From an uncultured delta proteobacterium (GTDB lineage: Bacteria > Desulfobacterota > RBG-13-43-22): DNA of 64,000 nucleotides. The notes beneath the pieces were generated by a model. The model was not told the DNA's origin. It did no database searches and was given only the letters and a program-made list of their open reading frames with translations. Position 1 is the stretch's first letter; each line of letters begins with the position of its first letter. The translations under genes were made by a program, and so were the position numbers. This document shows positions 41,157 through 51,246 of this stretch, in pieces. Location of the stretch: positions 1,408,001-1,472,000 of the forward strand of contig CAWBOS010000012.1 of NCBI GenBank assembly GCA_963790475.1, read 5' to 3'.

Positions 41157-42757
41157 AAATCTATTATCAAGCGGCAATTACTTTGGTTTTCTTAGGGGTA
41201 TTGGCCGGGGGTGTTTTTGGGGCCGAGCTCCAGGGGAAAGATCTGACCTTGCCTTCCCTGGAGGGGGTTAAACCTTTGGAGGAGGGGCAGATCCCTGAAG
41301 AAAAATTGTATTCCCTCTCGGTCCGGGATGCCGACTTAAAGGAGGTCCTCTTCGCCTTTTCCAAAGATAACGGGGTCAATATTATTGTCGATCCGGATGT
41401 CTTTGGAAAGGTCACCGTGGATCTTAAAAAGGTTACCATGGCAGCGGCCCTGGATGCCTTGCTTAAACCCCTTGATCTGGACTATCAACAGGAAGGGAAC
41501 CTGATCCGGGTCACCCGGCCGAAGATGGAAACCCGCACCTTTATTTTAAATTATCTGACGACCATTCGTAAAGGTTCCGGATCGGTATCCGGTATCGGCG
41601 GATCCTCTGCGGCCAGCAGCTCTAAGACATACGGCGGATCGGTCTTAAGTCAGGTTATCACCGAGGATCACTCCGATCTTTGGGAGGAAATCAAAGAAGG
41701 CCTTAAGAATATTATCACCAAAAAAATGGGGAAAAGGGTTTTAAAGAGGGAAGGCGAGATTCTAAGCAAAGAGACTGATAAAACAGCCGGCGGAGAAAAA
41801 ACCGGCGCTTCCTATGTGGAGGAAATTGAGGCCGAAGGAGATGGGAAAGTCCTGATCAATAAAATGGCCGGTATGGTGATCGTGACCGATTATCCCAGCC
41901 GGCTTCGGGAAGTGGAAAAATTTCTGGCCAGGGTGGAAGAGACGGTTCAAAGGCAAGTTTTTATTGAAGCCAAAATAGTTGAGGTTTCCCTCAATGACAA
42001 TTTTCAATTGGGGGTCGATTGGCGTCTAATCCCCAATATTATGAATATGGGTGTCGGGGGGTTTGTCCGCCAGAGCCTAACCGGGACCACGAATTTCCCG
42101 GCCACCAACGCGATCCAGGTCGGGGTGGCCAATACCGATTTCAATGCCCTGGTGGATGCCCTGTCCACCCAGGGAAAGGTGGAGGTCCTTTCCAGCCCCA
42201 GGGTTTCCACCTTGAACAACCAGAAGGCCATTGTCAAGGCCGCGATCGAAGATGTTTATTTCGATGTCACTGTTGCCGCCGGTACCCCACCCATCACCAC
42301 CGCCACACCAAAATATATCACCATCGGGGTGATTCTGGATGTCACCCCTCAGATCGATGCCGACGGGACGATCATCATGGATATCCACCCCAGTGTCACC
42401 GAACGGGTCAGTACCGCCACCTTTAAGGATACCGGTCAGCAGGCCCCGATCATCAGTGTTCGGGAGACCCAGACCATTGTCCGGGTTCGGGATGGACAAA
42501 CGATATTGATTGCCGGGCTGATGCAGTCCAAAGAATCGGAACAATTGAACGGCCTTCCCTGTTTGATGAACATACCGGTAGCCGGGCAAGCCTTCCGTCA
42601 AACCCGGAGAGATAAAACCAAGTCGGAGATCGTGATCTTGATCACCCCCAATTTATATACCGGTCGAAAGATCATTGATTTTACCAGGCAGGGGAACCAG
42701 ACCATCCAGGACTACCGCTCCCAGCCTGCGCCCGGGCGTTATGACCTGGTGAAGTGA
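41153..42757 (+). CDS. mshL: Pilus secretin (MshL-like)
   Basis: STN domain, TRTFILNY, QVFIEAKIVEV, LSSPRVSTLNNQKA, IAGLM and EIVILITP. Confidence 0.85.
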   Translation: MKIYYQAAITLVFLGVLAGGVFGAELQGKDLTLPSLEGVKPLEEGQIPEEKLYSLSVRDADLKEVLFAFSKDNGVNIIVDPDVFGKVTVDLKKVTMAAALDALLKPLDLDYQQEGNLIRVTRPKMETRTFILNYLTTIRKGSGSVSGIGGSSAASSSKTYGGSVLSQVITEDHSDLWEEIKEGLKNIITKKMGKRVLKREGEILSKETDKTAGGEKTGASYVEEIEAEGDGKVLINKMAGMVIVTDYPSRLREVEKFLARVEETVQRQVFIEAKIVEVSLNDNFQLGVDWRLIPNIMNMGVGGFVRQSLTGTTNFPATNAIQVGVANTDFNALVDALSTQGKVEVLSSPRVSTLNNQKAIVKAAIEDVYFDVTVAAGTPPITTATPKYITIGVILDVTPQIDADGTIIMDIHPSVTERVSTATFKDTGQQAPIISVRETQTIVRVRDGQTILIAGLMQSKESEQLNGLPCLMNIPVAGQAFRQTRRDKTKSEIVILITPNLYTGRKIIDFTRQGNQTIQDYRSQPAPGRYDLVK

Positions 42758-42761
42758 TCCT

Positions 42762-44038
42762 ATGTACCAACGGTATTTCGGATTAAAAGAAAAACCCTTC
42801 CGGATAACCCCGGATCCCCGTTTCCTGTATCTCAGTGAAAAACACGCCGAGGCCCTGGATCATTTAATCTATGGGATCAGCCAGGGCGAAGGATTTATGG
42901 TCATCAGCGGGGATGTAGGTACAGGAAAAACGATGATCATTCGTTCCCTGTTGGAGCGGTTGGATGACTCCAAGATAAAAACGGCCATCATCCTCAATCC
43001 TTTGCTGGAGATTGACGAGCTGTTAAAATCCATCCTGGAGGATTTCGGCCTTTCCCCTAAAGGGAATTCAAAAAAGGAGTTGATCGATCAGTTAAATTCC
43101 TTTCTGCTCTCCCTTAACCAGGAAGGGGGGAAGGCAGTAGTTATCGTTGACGAATCTCAAAACCTGTCCCCCGATCTACTGGAAGAACTCCGGTCCCTTT
43201 CCAACTTGGAAACAGATCAGGAAAAACTTCTTCAGATAGTTCTGGTCGGGCAACTTGAATTATGGAACAAACTGAACGACCCCAACCTTAGACAACTCAA
43301 GCAGCGGATCTCGGTCAATTTTCGTCTGGAGCCATTATCCCTGAAGGAGATGAAGGAGTATATTTCCCATCGGTTGGCTATTGCCGGTTTCCGGGGTGAG
43401 ATAGCTTTTTCGAGCCAGGGCCCTGAGTTTGATTTTCAGGGTCTCCCGAGGGATCCCCCGCTTGATTAATCTGCTTTGTGACCGAATCCTGTTGGTCCTT
43501 TATCTGGAGCAGAAGATGCGGGTAACCACGGCCCATGTCCGAAAGGCCATAGAAAGTCTTGAGGGGAGGGGAAACTTCATTTTCTTTTTTTAGGGCAACT
43601 TTCTTCCGTCGTCTGGCCTTTGGGGGGATTGGGGGTCTGGTCATTTTTTTGCTGATCTTGATTTTTCTATGGTTATCGCCCAGCAAAACCGCGAGTCTAG
43701 AATCAACAAGTGTTTCCAGGGAGATTCCCAAAATCCAGAGTTCTGTTTCCCCTCTCCTGTATTCGGTGCACATTTCTTCATTCAAGAAGAAGAACTTAGC
43801 CGACCGGGCGATAGAAAAGATTTCTCAAGAAGGTCTTGAAGCCTTTGGGATGGTGGTCCAATTGCCTGAAACGGGAACCTGGTACCGTGTTTTAGTAGGC
43901 CAATATGAAACCAGAGAAGAAGCCCAAAGTCTGGCCAATCGAATGAAGGAAAGCGGATCATTCCCTTATTCCGTGGTCACCTCCATCCGTCAAGGGAATA
44001 CCAAAATAAAACCGGAAATCAAAGGGTCGACGCTATGA
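42762..44038 (+). CDS. ExeA/MshM-like AAA ATPase with C-terminal TM and SPOR domain (frameshifts ~43410 and ~43560)
   Basis: YFGLKEKPF..PDPRF, GDVGTGKT, VDESQNL and VLVGQ; SPOR motif WYRVLVGQY. Confidence 0.8.
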
Positions 44039-45156
44039 GCCTTATCAGGCAGGCTTTAAAAAAAGCAGCCGATGAAACCGAATCCCCTCCGCCTTTAAAC
44101 TCCAATGCAGGAACCGGGGGGAATAAGTCGGGGTCTTTTCCTCTAAAAAAAATAATTTTGGTGGTTTTATTATTGATTGGCCTGAGCGGGGTCCTTATTT
44201 ATTCTTTTTTCCCCAAGAGCCTGCCCCTTACAAAAATGCCTCGTCCTCGGGCCCCAATACAACTGGCCAAGAAAATTGAAATTAAACCACCGGCTCCGGC
44301 TCCGGTCAAAGAAAGAGAATACGCCCAGCAGACAGTTCCCGGAAAGATTGAGGCCAAAAGTCCCCAACCGTTGCCGGACCAGGTGAAAAAACCTCCGGAG
44401 CAGGTGCCGATTAAAAAGTCGGAGGGGATTTCAACGGCTGTTCCCACCACACGATTTTTCAGTCCCAGATCGATGCCCAGGACCTTTCGCCGGCCTTATG
44501 CGTCAGCGAAACCAGTCATCAAAACCAAACCGCCAACCGAAATTTCCGAATCACCCCAGGCCCCGGCCGCAGCGAAAGAACCCGACTCCCTTCAGGTGGT
44601 TCGTTTATTTAACGAGGCGGTTCGAAATCAGAATAAGGGCCAGTTTCCTCAGGCCATCCAGTCCTATCAGGAAATATTGTCCATTCGCCCCAATTATTGG
44701 GAAACCTATAATAATTTAGGCCTGATCTACCAAAAGCAAAAGCGTTTCCCCCAAGCCTTGGAGATGTTCCAAAAGGCTCTGTCTCTTAACCCCCGCTATC
44801 TAAAGGGGTTCAACAACTTAGGCCTCTATTATTTGAACTTGGGAAAACTTGAAGAAGCCGGGAACCAGTTCAGAAAAGCCCTGGATCTGGATTCGAGCTT
44901 TTTGCCGGCCTACATCAACTTAGCCGTGGTTTTGAATAGACAGGGCCAAGTGGAACAGGCCAAAAAAGCGCTTCTCAAGGCCCTGGAATACGACTCCGAA
45001 AACTTGGAAGCCCATTACAATTTGGGACTCTTGTGGGAAAGTCAAGGGGTGAAAGACAAAGCCCTTGAACATTATGAAAAATTTATTTCCAAAGCCCAGG
45101 GACCCTATTCGGAATTGGCCGATGAATTAAAAAAGAGATGGCCGGAGCTGAAGTAA
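44035..45156 (+). CDS. TPR protein (MshN-like)
   Basis: MSLIRQALKK start, TM, Pro-rich linker and about 5 TPRs. Confidence 0.8.
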   Translation: MSLIRQALKKAADETESPPPLNSNAGTGGNKSGSFPLKKIILVVLLLIGLSGVLIYSFFPKSLPLTKMPRPRAPIQLAKKIEIKPPAPAPVKEREYAQQTVPGKIEAKSPQPLPDQVKKPPEQVPIKKSEGISTAVPTTRFFSPRSMPRTFRRPYASAKPVIKTKPPTEISESPQAPAAAKEPDSLQVVRLFNEAVRNQNKGQFPQAIQSYQEILSIRPNYWETYNNLGLIYQKQKRFPQALEMFQKALSLNPRYLKGFNNLGLYYLNLGKLEEAGNQFRKALDLDSSFLPAYINLAVVLNRQGQVEQAKKALLKALEYDSENLEAHYNLGLLWESQGVKDKALEHYEKFISKAQGPYSELADELKKRWPELK

Positions 45157-45266
45157 CAAAGAGCAAAGCGCATAGGGCATAGAGTATAAGGACAATGGGT
45201 ATGAAGATTAGGGTTATTAGAATTTAATGCCTTTGCTCTCTGCTCTTTGCTCTCTGCCCTGTGCGC
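45157..45266. repeat. Inverted heptamer arrays between convergent genes
   Basis: CAAAGAG CAAAGCG CATAGGG CATAGAG, then the complementary CTTTG CTCTCTG CTCTTTG CTCTCTG CCCTGTG CGCT. Confidence 0.8.
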
Positions 45267-45623
45267 TTAGTTTTTCCACCAGACATTGGCCGAGGGGGGG
45301 TCGAATAATTTGATATTGTCTCCCTGCCTGACCAAAGGGGAGGTTTGGTTCTCATTGGCTTCACGGAACAGTCGGTCTACGGTCAGTAACAGGCCAAGAA
45401 ACGGCCCATATTCGGAAAGGGCCTGCTTGGCATAGGCCGAACAACTGGGGAGCATGTAACATTTAGAATCCAGGACAGGAGATAAAAATTTTTGATAGCC
45501 CTCGATACCGGCCGATAAAAGGGATGAGGATTCTGAGGGAGGGGGCTGGGAAGGTTCCAAACCGTATCCCTTGATGGGAAAGACCAGGAGCAAAAGGATA
45601 AGAAAACAGACGGGGTTTAGCAT
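45267..45623 (-). CDS. Membrane protein insertion efficiency factor YidD-like protein with N-terminal signal
   Basis: YQKFLSP...CYMLPSCSAYAKQAL...G. Confidence 0.75.
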   Translation of the reverse strand: MLNPVCFLILLLLVFPIKGYGLEPSQPPPSESSSLLSAGIEGYQKFLSPVLDSKCYMLPSCSAYAKQALSEYGPFLGLLLTVDRLFREANENQTSPLVRQGDNIKLFDPPSANVWWKN

Positions 45624-45714
45624 TAGGACTCCTTTAGTGTGCGGCACCTGTGAGGGGCAGGGGTGTTCTTCGAAATTCAAAGAGGACGATAGATTTTTTA
45701 TGAAGGTGTTTTTA

Positions 45715-46627
45715 TTAAAAGGCATGATGGAGCACCAGATAAGGAGTTGGTGAGGATGACGGGCCCTGGGATAAGAGTCCAAACCGGATCCCATAGCCTT
45801 CCAAAAAATCGGTATCCAGCTTGCGATTGAATTTATGAGCGCTGTTCACCGCACTGTAGATATTGCCGGAATACCAGGCCAGTTCAATAACAGCCAACAA
45901 GGCGCCCAGACCGTCGTTCCCCTGTTGGAAGGAAGACAGGGCTGCCCAGGTAAATAAACCGTTTACGGCAAAGGCGATCAAGGCATCTTGCTTGCGGTCC
46001 AGATACAAGTGGCCGGCCCCTGGAAGGATGGCCGCCAGGATTCCTGCGGTGGTAGGGGATTTATAGGGTAGATTTTCAGCTTTCAGAAAAAAGGCTTCGT
46101 GGGCCTCCTTTTCAGAATCTTTCAAAGGAGAGTTCTTTAACAGTAATCGGGCCGAATCATAGCGCTTTTGTTTGGTGAGACCCCAGAGAATGGCCCGGGC
46201 GGCGGAAGATTTTATCGAAGACTGGCCTTCCTGAAGTATTTTTTCCCAGAGGAGCATGGCCTTGTCTTCCTGGCCCAGTTCCCAATAAGCCCTTCCGGTT
46301 TGGAACTGGATCTCTCCTTTAAAGGGGGTGTTCGGGGTTTGGCGAAGGACCCCCTCCCAATGGATGATGGCTTCCTTATAGGATTTGAGGAAGAAACTGG
46401 GCTTCTCCGAGAAGGTAATTGGCCTCATCAACCTTAGTCCCCGAAGGATAAAGAAAGAGGAGTCTTTTAAATTCAGTAGCGGCCCGAAAATAATCGTGAT
46501 TCTGTAATAAATAGTTGGCGAAGGCGAATTGTGTTTCTTCCGCAGGCAAAGGCTCTGCCGTATTGGAAAGGGCCAGTGAAGGAACGAGGACGATCAAAAG
46601 CAGTGCGGAGAAAAATTTTCCAAGCAT
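45715..46627 (-). CDS. Exported TPR protein with C-terminal TM2-like hairpin (frameshift ~46420)
   Basis: Signal peptide, BamD-like TPRs, KSPTTAGILAAILPGAGHLY. Confidence 0.65.
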
Positions 46628-46792
46628 CCTATTGATTCTCATGGTATTGGAGGGGAGGGGAAAATTATTTCTCATGAAAAAGATACTATCATAAGCCTTT
46701 CTAATAGCCAAGAAATATTGCGGGCTAAAAAGAGGTTGGCTTGGGCGGAAAGAAATGGTAAAGGGACAGATGAAAGTAAAATTTGACCTGGT

Positions 46793-49069
46793 ATGGAGTT
46801 GACTATGCCCAACCGGTTTTGGATCTTGTTAATCCTCATTTTTTCAATAATGCTTTGGGGACTGCCTCCTTCTTCTCGAGCCGGAGAAAATATTCTGTCC
46901 CTGGGGTCGGAGACCACCAAGGAACCTTGGGAAATAGAGGCCCTGGAACTAAGTTACGATAAAGATAGCGATGTTTATACGGCCGTCGGAGAAGTGGTCA
47001 TCAAAAAGGAAAAGAAGGTATTGAAGAGCGATTATGCCTGGGTAAACCGAAAGACTATGATCGCCGAAGCCCGGGGGAATGTGGAGTTTAAGTCCGAAGG
47101 AGACGAACTCCGCGGAGATGAGGTGACCTTTGATTTGGAAAAACAAACCGGCGAGGTAAAAAAAGGCCGTCTTTTCCTCAAAAGTAATAACTTTCACGTC
47201 ACCGGAGAAGAGATCTGGAAAACAGGAGAATCCTCTTACCGGATCCAAAACGGGACCGTTACCTCCTGTGACGGGGAAGACGTCCCCTGGGAGATCAGAG
47301 CCAGGGAATTATCGGTGACTATCGAGGGCTATGGACAAATCTGGGATTCCTCTTTCAGGGTTAAAGACCTTCCCATCCTTTATTTCCCTTACATGATTTT
47401 CCCGGCCAAGACCAAGCGGCAGAGTGGGCTTCTGATGCCGGATCCCGGTTATTCAAGCCGGGATGGTCTGACCTTAAACCTCCCCTTTTTTTGGGCCATC
47501 TCGGATAATACCGATGCCACCTTCAATGAGTATTATATGAGCCGCCGGGGGCTGATGCAAGGGGCGGAATTTCGATATGCCCTTTCTCCCTTTTCCAAGG
47601 GGACCTTGATGGTGGATTATCTGTTTAATGACTGGGGAAGTGAAGAACAGTTTCAGAATAATAATATTCTTAAGCCTTATACGGAACGGTACTGGTTTCG
47701 TTCCAAGATCAATCAGCGATTGCCCGCCAACATGGATTTGAAGATGGATTTGGACTGGGTCAGTGACCAGGATTTTTTGAAGGAATTTAGGGGGAAACCT
47801 AACGGCCTGGACCAAAATCGAAGATACTTTCTCAGCGAGTTTTCCCGGGACTTGGATGATGAAACCCAACTCCTCAGGAGAAACACCGCCGTATTCACCA
47901 AAACCTTCGGCACCTATCAGTTCACCGGCGGATTTGCCTATTTTCAGGAACCGGACCAACCCATCAACGCCTTAAATCAACTTCCCTATGCCCGGTTTGA
48001 GAATATTAAACAGGTCCTGTGGAAAGATATTTATTATCAGTGGGGTTCCTCCTATAACAATTATTGGCGTGAAACATTGGATCGCGGACAGGTACTCGAG
48101 CTTACCCCGACCGTGTACTATCCTTTTAAGTTGAAAAGTTACCTTAACCTGGAAGGCTCCATGGGGTTGACCGAGACGATGTATCAAGTCGACAACAAAC
48201 AAAGTGAATCGGTTGATTCGTTGGGGAACCGTGCCGTTCCCAATCTTCGATTGGATTTATCGACCGACATTCAAAAGATATTTAATTTTTCAGGAGAAGA
48301 AGTTCAAAAGATTAAACATAACCTGCGACCCCAGATCATCTATAATTACGTTCCCGATATTAAACAGGATTCTCTGCCCGGTTTTCTTTCAGCCATCAGT
48401 ACGGTCAATACAGTGACTTATTATTTAATCAACACCTTGACCGCCAAGTCGCTACTGGGGAAGGGTGGGCAAGGGGAGGATCTTTTTGGTTACCGGGATT
48501 TTGTCCAGTTTAAATTGTATCAGACCTATTCCCTCAGTCCAGGCACCTTCACTACCCATACCACTACTGGTGGCACCACCACCCCTATCACTACCACTAC
48601 CAACATTGCCGGCACCATCACCACTTTCACTACCGACCCCGGTGGCACCACTATCACTACTACTACCCCCGCCCTCTCGGATGTTACCGGAGAGCTGGAA
48701 TTAACTCCCTATCCGAATCTTAGCTTACGAGCCAGTGCAGCTTGGTCTCCCTACACAGGCCAGATAGATACTCAAACTTACAACTTGACCTTATTGGACA
48801 AAAAGGGCAATAGCGGTTACCTGGAATATCTGGCCACATCCGGAAATCAATCCCAGCAGATCAATGCCAACTTGACCTGGAAAATAAACCCCATCTGGTC
48901 GGCCAATTTTCAGACCAGCTATTCCTTGGATCAGAACAGAAATTATGGAACCAACATCGGGGTTACTTACACGAAGCAATGTTGGGGGGTAAAACTCAGT
49001 TATTGGAGCACCCCTATTGACACAAGCCTCATGCTCTCTTTAACCTTAAAAGGTCTGGGGGAATTTTAG
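46793..49069 (+). CDS. lptD: LPS-assembly protein LptD
   Basis: OstA-like N-terminal domain, TSC...PW, KRQSGLL, SRRG and C-terminal QCW...LKGLGEF. Confidence 0.88.
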   Translation: MELTMPNRFWILLILIFSIMLWGLPPSSRAGENILSLGSETTKEPWEIEALELSYDKDSDVYTAVGEVVIKKEKKVLKSDYAWVNRKTMIAEARGNVEFKSEGDELRGDEVTFDLEKQTGEVKKGRLFLKSNNFHVTGEEIWKTGESSYRIQNGTVTSCDGEDVPWEIRARELSVTIEGYGQIWDSSFRVKDLPILYFPYMIFPAKTKRQSGLLMPDPGYSSRDGLTLNLPFFWAISDNTDATFNEYYMSRRGLMQGAEFRYALSPFSKGTLMVDYLFNDWGSEEQFQNNNILKPYTERYWFRSKINQRLPANMDLKMDLDWVSDQDFLKEFRGKPNGLDQNRRYFLSEFSRDLDDETQLLRRNTAVFTKTFGTYQFTGGFAYFQEPDQPINALNQLPYARFENIKQVLWKDIYYQWGSSYNNYWRETLDRGQVLELTPTVYYPFKLKSYLNLEGSMGLTETMYQVDNKQSESVDSLGNRAVPNLRLDLSTDIQKIFNFSGEEVQKIKHNLRPQIIYNYVPDIKQDSLPGFLSAISTVNTVTYYLINTLTAKSLLGKGGQGEDLFGYRDFVQFKLYQTYSLSPGTFTTHTTTGGTTTPITTTTNIAGTITTFTTDPGGTTITTTTPALSDVTGELELTPYPNLSLRASAAWSPYTGQIDTQTYNLTLLDKKGNSGYLEYLATSGNQSQQINANLTWKINPIWSANFQTSYSLDQNRNYGTNIGVTYTKQCWGVKLSYWSTPIDTSLMLSLTLKGLGEF

Positions 49070-49103
49070 TCCAGGCCTTCTTCCCGGCATCTTGTTTTTC
49101 CCC

Positions 49104-49132
49104 TTGACCTTGTTTTTCCCTTACCCTATAGT
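49104..49132 (+). promoter_or_regulatory. Putative sigma70 promoter overlapping a 12-bp direct repeat
   Basis: TTGACC-N17-TATAGT; CTTGTTTTTCCC occurs at 49091 and 49109. Confidence 0.55.
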
Positions 49133-49389
49133 TTAAACAAAAAAGAACTTCCCCTTAAAGGACCCCGTTGGATATCAGCCGGAGATCGCCTTTTAATTAT
49201 TTCAGGCAAAAGCTCCGCAAGGATGAAGGCCTGATGTCTTCCCGTATCATCCCCATTTGCGCATAAAATGCTGGGAACGCGGCCGGGTTGAATGAGCTTT
49301 CCTTTAGGCCTTTCCATCGGGAGAGTTTTCGGAGAAAGCCTTTGAGCTGATCAGCGAAAAAGCGGGAAGAAAGCCTTAAGGATATTTGG

Positions 49390-50350
49390 TTGATGAATGA
49401 AAAACCGGCCCACCCCTTGGAATCCTTATTTTACCCTCTGGTCATCTTCAGTGTTCCTTCCAAAGTAGTGCTCGAGGTCATGGGCGACTGCGTGGCCAAA
49501 GGCGTGAAATACGTCCATCTCTTTACTGCCGGCTTCAGCGAAACCGGAAGAGAGGACCTGGCCCGTTTGGAACTGGATATGATCCGGATGGCCCGTCAAG
49601 GCGGTATCCGGGTTATCGGGCCCAATTGCATGGGGCTGTATTGCCCCGAGGGCGGCTTGGCCTGGATCAATGAATTTCCGATCAGTCCCGGTCCGATCGG
49701 CATTGTGTCCCAGAGCGGCCAACTGGCCGGAATGTTCATTTCCATGGCCGCGGGCAAGGGCCTGCGTTTCAGTAAAGTCATCAGTTACGGCAACGCCGGA
49801 GACCTGCAAAACCATGAGTTTCTCGAATATCTGGCGGCGGCTCGGTGACCATGACGGATATGGCTGAAGAGGCCGGGCTTCGCGTGCCCCATCTGACTGA
49901 CAAGACGGTCAAGGCCATTGAGGAGTTCGTGCCCATTCAGGGCAGCAGCGCCAAGAACCCCTTGGATATCATGGGCGCTTTCTTTGATCGGGGTTACGAA
50001 AACCTCCAGTTACTCATGGATTTGCTTCGAGAAGATCCGAACATCGACGCCCTTATCTTCAATCAGCCGGTGGACCTCATCGCCCGGGTAGTGGGGAGTT
50101 CCATGATTTCCCTCCTTCCTCAGTTGATCAGAGAATCCATGGATCGTATGGGCAAACCGATCTTTGTGGTGTTGGATAAGGGTCGGGGGGCCTCGAACGC
50201 GAGATCCTCAGGCAGGAGTTGGAAGACCGATATAACAATGCCGGTTTGGCCGCCTTCGCCACCTTCCCACAGGCGGCTCGGGTTGTGGCCGAGCTGGTTC
50301 GGTATCGACGGTACCTGGAGAAGGTCCGGGGGCCGGCCCCGTACGACAAG
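49390..50350 (+). pseudogene. Acetate/acyl-CoA ligase (ADP-forming, CoA-binding) pseudogene with internal deletions
   Basis: AGFSETG, IGPNCMG, SQSG, SYGN and NPLD are present. Segments after FYP (49437) and after EYL (49832) are missing, and there is a further frameshift near 50195. Confidence 0.75.
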
Positions 50351-50507
50351 AAAGAATATAATGGATAAGCGGACTGTCCCTTCACTGTCCGGGAGAAGGC
50401 CGCATTTTTTTTGCAGGGTAACAAAAGGGTTGGTATATCACGCAAACCAACAGCCTATTAAAGGTCTTAAAATAGTATCGACCAATGGGGACCGGGGAGG
50501 GTAAGCA

Positions 50508-50846
50508 ATGGTCAGGGAAATCGGGGATGAGTTATTAGAAAAAGAAGTTCTGGGGAAAGAGGGAACGGTTCTTCTTCTGGTCTACGCCACCTGGTGCGGC
50601 GACTGTCAGCGGATCCTGCCTGTTTTGAATAAGTTCTCCACCTTCCCGGAGTATGACGGGGTGAGTTTTCTGCAACTGAATGTTGATAAAAATCCGCAGA
50701 CCAAGAGGCAATTGAATGTGGAGCGGTATCCGACCCTTTATCTGTTCCAGGACGGCCGCAAGGTAGCGGAACAGACAGCCGAAGTGCCGGCTGAAGAACA
50801 GAAGGCGATCATTCAGTCGTTGCTGAGCCGTTCGCTTCCTGGGTAA
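50508..50846 (+). CDS. Thioredoxin-family protein
   Basis: YATWCGDC and YPTL. Confidence 0.85.
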   Translation: MVREIGDELLEKEVLGKEGTVLLLVYATWCGDCQRILPVLNKFSTFPEYDGVSFLQLNVDKNPQTKRQLNVERYPTLYLFQDGRKVAEQTAEVPAEEQKAIIQSLLSRSLPG

Positions 50847-50875
50847 GGGGAAGCAGAGGCAGGCAGGAGAAAATT

Positions 50876-51157
50876 TTGCTTTTGATGGGTCTCAATATCG
50901 GGCTGGTGTTGTCAGCCATTGTCTCCTTTGGGATGAGACATTCTGTTCCCGGCGTTTTGGCTATTGCCTGCGGGACAGTAGGAGGTGTCACGCTATATTC
51001 AAGGGTTAAATTATGGAAAACCGGTATGGCCGGCCAGCTTTATGATTTGGTAGGGGACAATGAAAAAGAAATGAAAAAAATGAGAAATTTCGATTATATG
51101 TTTTGGGGCACAGGGGCGTTCAATACGATAGTCTTTCTTTGGCATCTGGCCCGGTAA
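50876..51157 (+). CDS. Hypothetical membrane protein (possibly a 5'-truncated fragment)
   Basis: Three hydrophobic segments; weak start. Confidence 0.35.
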   Translation: MLLMGLNIGLVLSAIVSFGMRHSVPGVLAIACGTVGGVTLYSRVKLWKTGMAGQLYDLVGDNEKEMKKMRNFDYMFWGTGAFNTIVFLWHLAR

Positions 51158-51246
51158 AATCAGGGAACGTTCAGACAGATTACTGATCCCTCCTCGGGAG
51201 TCGATGCCTGGAGGGATTGATGGTGCTAAGTATCGAAGCCAATCCT

